64,000 nt of DNA. Source: Chrysomallon squamiferum (Eukaryota; Animalia; Mollusca). The stretch lies in assembly GCA_012295275.1 (NCBI GenBank), contig CM022669.1, forward strand, positions 9,982,001 through 10,046,000. Reading direction: 5' to 3'. The notes under the pieces are model-generated. The model ran no database searches, was not told the origin of the DNA, and saw only the letters and a list, made by a program, of their open reading frames with translations. The position numbers and the translations under genes were made by a program. Positions 54,024-64,000 of the stretch are shown here, in pieces. How positions within the stretch are numbered: the first letter of the stretch is position 1; the number at the start of each line of letters is the position of its first letter.

Positions 54024-55279
54024 ATGGTAACAAATGACAAGCTGTCGATAATGAATTTAAAAACATCGTTAAAAAGAAAATTATCTCAGCCGTCATCAAA
54101 ATCGAAAAATGAAAAACCGGGTTCAACCATTTTATCGTTTTTCAAGTCACCTGCAAAGAAAAGACCTACCTCGTCAGTAAATCTATTAAATGATGTCAAA
54201 GAAATTGACGATGATTTAGAAATAATTTTAGTAGAAAAGAAGTCGAGATATTTTGGACAAACATCCAAAAAGATAGGTAAAGCCTCTCAGTCGGAGGACT
54301 GTGAGGATGAAAAACCGCATCAAGGAAGTGCAGAAGACAAAATACCAAAACTGAGAAGACTGAGCTTGAGAAAAAGATCAAGCCAAAAGATTGAATATTT
54401 TCAGAATGCACTGGGAGAAAATGAAGAAAAAGTTTCTAGGAAACAACTAAGAGAACCAATACAGTATAATGAAAAAGCAACTGAAATAGATAATAATAAT
54501 GTTCTGACAAGAAGTCAAAAAAATAAACATCTTATTCCTGAGCCCAGCTCAGTCACAACAGGTTCAAAAAGGAGATATTCTTTAAGAAAAGGAAAATTAA
54601 AGAATGGATTAACTGTTAATACTGAGAATGTTACTTCACAAGATACTGATAAATCTGCTAGTTCAGCTGAAAGCAAATGCAAAAAGAGAAAGTGCAAGAA
54701 AGACACATCTGAAGACGAAGAAGGTAACCAAACTGACACATGTAATAAATCTAAAGAAGACAAGAAAGAATTCATTAGTAGTTCCAACAACCATGGGGAT
54801 GGGTTGGAAATTTTCAGAAATGTACAAGGTCATATCATCGATGAAGTGTTGATTTCAGAATTTAATAAAGATTTTGATATTCCAGAGAAAGAGGTAGTCT
54901 GTGAGTCAAAAGAAAGAAACAACTTACCTTCCACATACACTGCCAGTCCCTGTCAGAGTTATGACTCTGAACACAAAGCACTGTCTCCTAGCAACCAAAA
55001 ATATTCTGAAGAATCTCATACAGATGTTGTACACACTAACACACCTAACTCAGTACAGACCATAGATGAAAAGAAGAATAGAAACATAAAAGTGGAAAAT
55101 GAAATAAAATATAAAATTCCATATTATCTGGAAAACTTTCAGACTATTTTGTCAGCTGTGTTAGATAATGAAGATAATAAATATCTTTTTAATACAAATG
55201 ATTTGGAAGTCATCTCATTATTTAACAGTCTTTCAGGTTAGTAGGTACTTTTATTGCTTATTATTAGTAATTTAAATTT

Positions 55280-55316
<37 letters not shown>

Positions 55317-56337
55317 ATGTGAGAAATATGCAGTATTTTCAGATAATTATCTTTATTTTTGTATATTTCTGGATACAGTTAAATTTGTAAGATTTTTTAA
55401 ATTAAGGAATTATGCACATGTAGTATTATCTTAGCATAGTGTTTTAGATTTGATGATGCATGGATCACTTCAATATCCTGAGGGCATCTTTGTAGTTTTT
55501 TCTCTTTTTGATAGTTCTTTTGGGGGCCTCTAAATAAATTTTAATTATGTACTCACAGATTTGGCAAAGAAATTGTATGTGCGATTATTCTCAAGAAAAC
55601 TTTCATGGATGTCTCTCTCTAAACTGAAATATCCAGAAATTGCAGAGGACCTGACTGAAGTTCTTCAGGAAATTATCAGTGCAGATTTGGCAGTATCAGG
55701 TAGTCTTAATTAATGGTACCACAATAAAACATTTTTAATTTGTTTCTTTATATGCATTCTGAGATATGTATAATACACCTTTTTGTTTTTAATGAGAAAA
55801 CGTATTTCATTTATGTGTATGTTAATATCAATAATTCAAATAATACAATATTAATAACATGATTGATTATACATTGTTACACTTTATTAATACCAAATGC
55901 TGGTTTTCAACAACAAATGAAACAAAAAAGTTTAGAAATACACAAAATGTACTTAGGCCATTCATATATTCCATCCAAGGTATACTTTCATAAACAATCA
56001 CATATTTTTTTAAACTTATACACTTATTTCTTAATTTAGTATTGTCATATGATCATAAATACATACAAAATTTTGTTTATTGTTTATTTATATAGATATT
56101 GAGCTTACAGATCTTCCAACAGCTCTGAATTGTCTTCCTCTGCCAGAACTGAAGACATTGTCCAAAACCTACCATCTCAACATCACTGGTTCCTCAAAGA
56201 CACAAATAGCAGAAATGTTACTGAAGAAAAGCAAGCAGAATACAATTGGCACAATGTTCGGGGCAAAGTCTAAGTCACTTGATCCTCAGTCTGTCATGTT
56301 AACTAGGTTGGTTGTTCAAATTATTTGTTTGTCTGCT

Positions 56338-56383
<46 letters not shown>

Positions 56384-58766
56384 AGTGCGTGCCTGCGTGT
56401 TTGTGTAAAATCATGATGATGGAATAATGAATGTTTTTATCTATATTTAATCATTTTCACATTGAATATATTTTATAGTTAAGTTTATAAAACATCATTT
56501 TTCAAATGATAAGAAATGACAATTGCTGATATCAGTTCTTCTTTTTTGTATATTTCATCTTCAAGACAAGCAATGTTATCTTATTTATCAGTCATGTGGA
56601 ATGGATTCGAACATTAAATAGAACATTTCTTATTAACTGCATCATCAGTCAGTCACAAGAATCCTTAGGTCTTTGCTGAAACACTGAGTTTCAGTAAACT
56701 TTGAACTCAGATATATGTATTCTGTATATATATGTTGTTTATTTAATAAATTAGTGTATATGTTGTTTTAATTTCTAATTTCAGGGCAAAGAAACATCTT
56801 GGACTGATGTTTAGACTACAAGAAGAGAGAAGACGAGTTTTTGTCCGAGTTCTGATGCTGTTCTCAGTTCTTAACTCTTCAGTGGATGATGACGCTGCTA
56901 ATGGAGGACAGTCACAATTGTAAGTTAGAGAAATAAAATTTGTTAAAAGTTACTGTTATGAAATAATTATATGTCAATACTTTATATTAAATTTAATGGA
57001 GTAAATGGATGATTTCTCAACATTTTTTTTGTTTAATCCCATTTGTTTTTAAATTTATTCTAGATATCAGATGCTGCTGGTAAACATGGGCAAGGTCATT
57101 TACCCAAAGTTCAAGGTCAACAAGCAGACACAACTGTTTTTGGACAGAGATAGTTTTCTAAGGTTTATGTCAATTTTTAAAACATTTAACAAAAACAAAC
57201 AAAATTAATGCAAGTTTTACCTTACTTTTTTTGTCATTATTTTGCTTGGATATTATAAACATATTTGTATCTTCTATATTTCAAACTAACTTTTACAGTA
57301 TAATCGTCAAATAATTATCACAAAAAAATGTTTAACCTATTACTTAGCTATACTGTATTTTTTAATTTTTTCTTTTTTTTTCTTTTTTAATTAAATTTAA
57401 AACATTTATGAGACTTGCATTTCTTTTTTTAATTTAAAAAAGTAACTGAATGCAAAATTTTAAAAACTATTATCTGTTGTTGTTTTTTTTAATCAAAATA
57501 AATAAAATTAGTAACAAAAACGTCTTCACTGAAATCATTTCAATATTATTTGATATCTTAAACATTTAATATTTATATAATTTTTTTTTTCTTTTTTTCT
57601 GTTATACAGATTTGAAACTGCTATGCAGTTGGAGAATGATATGTCAGTGTGTGTTGAAAAGGGTAACTGGGCAGGTGCATTTGAAGTGTACAAAACAGCA
57701 AAACAGGAATACGACAAACTTAAAAAACAAAGCAAACTTGTCAAGTGAGTTAGTAACTGAGGCAGTAGTAATCACAAGCTGAACATCACTAATCCATCAG
57801 TAATAAAAACAGTTCCATTAATCATTCAACTCATAATTTCTTTGGAATTGCACTATGCCAGTATACCAAGACAGTTAAAATCAGTATTAGCAAACATTCC
57901 TTATCTTTTGATAGTAAAAGTGTATATTGATTTAAATAATTAAACTATACCACATAGGTTTTCACTATATTTACATTTTTTACTACATGTCATAATTTGC
58001 TTTTTATTAAATTTAACTTTTTTCTATTTTTGTATTTTTTTTTTCCAGTTCTCGTTTATAAGTAGATTTATAGATATATCCTAAAAAGGGTAACAATTTT
58101 TAATTTTTTTAATTATTATTGCTAGTACTACTTTTTATTTTAACGATAAAACAGACTAAAGTAATATAAAAATTTGTTCTTAAATTGTGTAAAATATGAA
58201 GAAAACTAAATTTTATCGCTTATTCAAATACTAAAGTAAAGTAGTGTTTTTATAATTCTTTAGACTAAATCTTTTTTGTATATTATTTATTTCATTCTCC
58301 TCTTCGTTGAGTAATTTATCTCCTGTTAATTAACAGATGGGATTCCAGTCTTCCATCATTCCTGCGACTTTGTTCAGCAGGTTCAGTTTTGGTTCGAGTA
58401 CTAAGTCAGGGAATAGAGATTCTACAGAGACAGAAAGACTACAACGGCGCAGTGACACTAATACGTAAACTGCTGAATCAAGACATCTACTGCAGTGACT
58501 ACAGAGGTTACTGGTGGGAAAGGTTAGCTCTTAATCTGGAGGTTCATCTTAAAAAACCTCAACAGGTGAACTTTGTTTTATAGTTTTTATTATTGTTCTT
58601 TTTTTATATTATATTTAATTTATTGTTTAAGATTTCAGATTAGTTTTGCATATGTTTTTAATCCTTGTTTCTTTAATTCTTGTCACCGATACAGATAAAT
58701 ATTTCATAAATGAAATAATATTTTTCTTTAAATATTTATTTAGGGAATTTGAAAATTAAGTTGTTA

Positions 58767-58805
<39 letters not shown>

Positions 58806-59916
58806 GCTTATGTGATTTAAAAAACAAATTATCTCATTTTAGGTTGGGTTTTGTTGCTTTTCCTTCTTTTTTTTTTTTTTTTTTTCAAACTTTGCACTAT
58901 CATTCACAATTAATAAGTGTGTATGTGTGTGTACATAAACAAACATACATTTCTGTTTTCTTAAATTTATAATTTTTATTAATATTTAAGATGTTATCTA
59001 TCTTATTATCAGGCTTTGGAAGTTATAAAAAAGGGCTTAATAGATGCCCATGTACTTGTTGGTCATCGTCTTGCCTTGTACCAAAGAGCTGACAAAATCT
59101 GCAATACTGCTAGTCTGAATCTTCAACACTGCCTGAAAGATTTTTATCATGAAGATATTGTAGAACTACCAAAGGTAAACGAAAATATATTGTGAAATAG
59201 ATTGTCTGTTAAGTTTATATATATAGAAATATATCAGATTTTAGTTTATTTATATACAAGACTTTATTTTTCTTCCAAAGGGAAAACAATTTCATAATTT
59301 ATTTTCATGTTTGCAGTGCTATTTTCATGCAAATACTGATAATTCAGAACGTAAAAAATCAGATTAGACAAAATGTATTAGATATTTCTCTACATAATTT
59401 TAGAGACCTGTGGTGTTCACAAAAATACTCTTGTTTAATTTTGTTTATCTTTTTAATGATTGTGATTACATAACCTTTGTTATTATTATTCCTATTACTA
59501 CTACTACTACTGTTACTATTAATATTACTGTTACTGTTATTATTATTACTAGTGCTACTATTATTATTATTACTGCTATCATTATTATTATTATTACTAC
59601 TACTACTACTAGCAGTACTACTACAACTACTACTACTATTTTATGAATATTTATTTAATTTTTCTAGGTAATTCTAGAAGGAAGGACAATACCTCACAGT
59701 GTACCAGGAATAAAAACTCAGTTCATGACGGCTAACTCGTATCTGGCTGGTGACTCAGATGACATCACTTGTTGTGGTGTGGAACAGCTTGTTCTAGAAC
59801 ATTACAAGAAAAATGGCTTCCCTGAAGGTTGGTGACCATAAATGTTTCACATCATTTTACTTCTTTGTCCTACAACTGATTTCTCCATCAGTTTGATTAT
59901 TCTTCAAAATTTTATC

Positions 59917-59959
<43 letters not shown>

Positions 59960-61914
59960 CATACATATACACACATAGACACATACTCACACACAAGCAA
60001 ATGGATAAAATCAGTATAGTTGCCATTTCCATTAATGGTGTTGTTTTGGGGCTTTTCTTTTCTTTCCAGGATTACATGCTGAGGGTTCCATTATCACCAT
60101 TCTCTTCAGTTTTTTCTTCTGGGACATTCTGTTCATGGACATTCCTGATGCTTTTCATAGTGCCTTCCAAACTCAGCCATTAGATTTCCACACAGAACAT
60201 TTCTACATTAGAAGAAAAGAAGCAGTCGAACTGAAACTCAAAGAGATTGAAAATAGCAGTGAAGAGGTGCAATTCTATTTTATTAACATTATTTTCTGCA
60301 GTTAATTAGTGTTCAATTCATTGTGTACACATGGATGAAATATTTTTTAGATTAACAACTTGTGTGTGAAAGAACACCAAGCAAAAACATGAAAAATAAG
60401 ATATAAGGATCAGTCCACTATAATTTTAGAATTTGATTGGTTATTGTTTTATTTTTATTTTTTATTGTTATTTTGTTAATGTAATTCTTTTTAAAATTTT
60501 AATTATTATTGCTTGTTTGTTGTTGTTTTTTGTTTGCATTTTATTTATTTATATTTGTTTATTAGTAATATTTATTTATTTATTTATTTAATTATTTAAT
60601 TATTTAATTATTTATTTATTTATTTATTTAACTGTTAGGGTCTACACAAGTTGATGAGTAAGGTTTGGACAGATCACTATGGTGAGATGTGCGCAGGTAT
60701 GAACTGGGATTGTTTCAGTGGTCTGGAACATGCACAGGTACACAAAATTTTCATTGAAGAAAAAACTAAATTGTCAAAAAAAAATCAAATATTTATTTAT
60801 TTATTTTCATCTTATAATTGTCATTATCTGTTTCGAAATCTTAAAGCTAATAACATTAATATTGGCATGACCATTATGAGTATCAATATCGTCATCATTA
60901 CAGCTATTACTGATAGGATACTTATCTGTTTATTATTAAAATTGTTATAATTATTGTTGATGCAGGGGCTGGTCTCTTGTATTAGGGGTGAGGTCCTGGC
61001 CCAGATTCTCAGACGATTTGTTACGAATCCTCGACACACCCGAAGTGGATTTCCCGATCTTACCTTGTGGAATACAGAAAACAAAGTCTTCAAGGTTCAA
61101 AACTTATATTTATCATTTTATTTTTCAAAAAAAAAAATTCCCCCACTTTCTTTGGTATTTAATTTTTTAGGAAAATTATTTTTTTTTTAAATATTTTTAG
61201 ACAGTGTATCTTAAATTATTGCTTGACTACTTCTGCATTCAAATTAAAATTAAACAAAACCAACATAAATTACAGAACCCCTGAAAATTGATATTGTGTA
61301 GCAAGATTATAAATATGTAACTGATCCAGTCCTTTCAAAAATTAAAATTATGATAAAACTAGGTAGATGTTTTATTTTTTCTTGATAGATTTGTGAGGTG
61401 AAAGGACCAGGAGACCGACTTTCTCACAAGCAGATTCTCTGGATTGACTTTCTCGTTAAACTTGGGGTTGATGCCGAAGTTTGTCATGTAAAAGGTAAAT
61501 TTATTTGCCATCATGATTAAATGTAATGTCTTTATTAAAGAAAATATACATAAACAAAATTTTGGGGTAAAATTTAAAATGTCTCTCTTTATGTTTTTTT
61601 AAGTTTTACAGTATACAGTAACATATAACAAAAGCCAAAAAATAGGAATATGAGCATAACAAAAACAATAAAACACATAATATATTTTTCAGATTATTTA
61701 CAGCTATTTGCTTATTGGTGTATTATTTAGGTTTTTTTTAATTATTAATGTTGTTGTAGTTGTTGTTTGTTGTTGATGTTATTACTGCTATTGTTTTATT
61801 GTTGTTACTGCTGCTGCTGTTGTTATTATTATTTTTATTTTTTTTTTTCTTATGACTGTCATTACTATTATTGTTTTTATTATCATTATTGTTGTTTTTT
61901 TCTTCTTCTTCTTC

Positions 61915-61958
<44 letters not shown>

Positions 61959-62007
61959 TTTAGCTGTTGGTGCCAAGAAGTTGAAACCAGTGGCCAGTTC
62001 TAACTGA
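54024..62007 (+). CDS. FAN1: Fanconi-associated nuclease 1, 14 exons
   Basis: Exons approximately 54024-55236, 55559-55699, 56096-56306, 56785-56919, 57064-57162, 57610-57745, 58337-58565, 59013-59174, 59668-59827, 60070-60266, 60639-60737, 60966-61094, 61389-61494 and 61964-62007. Motifs [29 protein letters not shown], and the VRR-NUC motifs GFPDLTLW and [16 protein letters not shown]. Confidence 0.95.
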
Positions 62008-63179
62008 ACAGTTCTGGTTAAATCCTCACAGTGCTGTGATTCTAAAAGTGCATGTCCTTGTTCCCAAGACCTTAACTTTCACAATCCAGTTTATTATTTT
62101 TATTTTATTTTTATTTTTTGCTATAATTACCAGACTTGCAAGCCATACCCACAGATATATTTACACATTAGTTTGGCTGCATTTATGCATTATTTTGATA
62201 TTAAATTATATATAAAGATAGGTGCTACTAATATGCTTGTCAAATGATGATAAATTTATTATTTTGTTGTTATTATTTCTTTTTTTTTAAATATGATAAG
62301 TGAATAAAACTGATGTACTTAATTATATGCATGTCCTGGTATTTAAGAACACCCATGTTTAATAGAATGTATACCTCAGTAAACAGTTTATTAAATGAAA
62401 TTTAATTATATGATGACAGTGTGCAATGTTTTGGTAGGGGAGGGAACATGTATATTTGATTTACATACACAACACAATATTTACCAACAGATATTTCAGA
62501 TTACTTCCATGTGAAAGTCCTCTGGATGATATAAAATTATGACTTTCAAACCTTTTTATCACTTCAAAAATAAATATATATATATACATATATAAACTTG
62601 TTTTAAAATATGTTTTATACTGCCATATTTTTCTGAGATCTGTATTCATGTACATAGACTAAAGTCTTTTTATAAATTTTTGATTTACCAGAATTTGTAA
62701 CTTGAATATGACTCCTCGAACAATTGAAAACTGCCGATATTAACTTTGGTTTTTGAAAATTCAGTTTATTATTATAATTATACTGAAATAAAAAAAATGT
62801 TTTCAGGACTTGTGTATTTGTTATTTTGTTGTATTTTACATTCTTCATAGATAAGAAATTTCTTTTACAGTAAATTAAAGAACAAGTTATGAGAAAATAA
62901 ATGTAGTTTGTTGTTATTATATTTATATAGATACATGCATTTCTATTGTGTGTGTGTGTGTGTGTGTGTTAAAAACTATTTTTATGTTGATGGTTACAGT
63001 TTATTTCAAATTATTGTTAGAATGCTTCTAAGCAAAACAAAATAATAGAATTATTGGAACCAGTTATATTCATTTTTTTTTATTTTCTTCTTTTTAATTT
63101 AATTTTTTTTTTTTTTTTTTTTTTTTTTCTAAAGAAAAATATGCATTTTTATGTTTTTTTATTTGTTTTTTTTTTTTTT

Positions 63180-63231
<52 letters not shown>

Positions 63232-63409
63232 TTATACACATACAAATATATGAATAACATTTCTAAATGTTAATAGAAATATTCAAATGTAATAAATTTC
63301 AGTTATATAATTCAAATATAGTGTTTACTAATATAAAGTAAATCAGGTTTAACTAAATTTCTAGAAAGTTTAAGAATTAAAAAGGACGGAACACATTAAC
63401 AGAATATCG

Positions 63410-63445
63410 GGTACAGGCGCATGCGTTTGAAGGAAGCGGAAATGT
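63410..63445 (+). promoter_or_regulatory. DDA1 proximal promoter motifs
   Basis: GCGCATGCGT (NRF1-like) at 63417 and GCGGAAAT (ETS-like) at 63436, immediately upstream of exon 1. Confidence 0.45.
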
Positions 63446-63464
63446 TCATGGCAAATCGGTGAAA

Positions 63465-63673
63465 ATGGTAAGCAAACGATTTTATGGTGACATTGACAGT
63501 TTAATGTAGAATTTAATCTAACGCATAATGCGACTAGATTTTTCTGTGGCCTTTTATTATGCAAACAATTTAAATATTTTGTTTATTTTCAGGCTGATTT
63601 TCTGAAAGGTCTTCCATCTTACAACGAGAAAAATTTTGCTCGTTTTCACAGCGATTCGAGCTGCAAGACCAGT
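63465..63673 (+). CDS. DDA1: DET1- and DDB1-associated protein 1, exons 1-2 (partial)
   Basis: ATG|gtaagc (63465-63467) splices to exon 63593-63673, giving [28 protein letters not shown], which matches the conserved DDA1 N-terminus ([20 protein letters not shown]). Missed by the ORF track. Confidence 0.92.
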
Positions 63674-64000
63674 GTAAGTGTTAAATAAATCATTAAATGA
63701 ATTATATAATTACAGAAATTTAAAAAAATATAATATGTTCTGGTGATCAGTATTTACTATAGATCTTGCTAATGTATGTGTTAACTTTAGAACGTATTAT
63801 AATGTCGTGTATGTTTATGTTAATGTGATTTTGTTGCGCAGTTTTGATCAGTCGTCTCGCCGACTGTAACTTATCATTCTGGTCCATTACGCGGCTTTCA
63901 TTATTAATTAACTGTCTTAGCATTATTTCCTAATTGCAGTATCTTCCACTTAATATTAAAAACTCAAAAGGTTTTATAAAACAATCTGTTTAAGATATTT

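Overview
AT-rich, microsatellite-dense animal DNA with GT-AG introns. It is probably molluscan (inference; the species cannot be fixed from sequence alone). The first ~29 kb is a tandem, partly decaying minus-strand array of single-coding-exon GT31 (beta-1,3-galactosyltransferase-like) genes: 3 intact, 1 with a homopolymer frameshift plus a stem deletion, 1 pseudogene and 1 rearranged fragment. The array arose by a ~12.5-14 kb segmental duplication followed by micro-inversions, microhomology deletions and nested DNA transposons. At 35.7-40.8 kb lie two tandem iodothyronine deiodinase-like selenoprotein genes, which the ORF track splits at an in-frame TGA (FGSCS-U-PPF). Each has its own 3' SECIS with pairing-preserving substitutions, a conserved upstream block, near-identical catalytic halves and diverged N-termini. 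An 11-exon dolichol kinase gene (minus, 41.1-52.8 kb) hosts an unrecognised opposite-strand nested gene (SAM-like domain, Thr linker, two 41-aa amphipathic repeats). FAN1 (14 exons, apparently without a UBZ finger) is head-to-head with it, and the first two exons of DDA1 end the window. Three separate 1-nt homopolymer shortenings suggest assembly errors. All calls were made by eye, without database searches.
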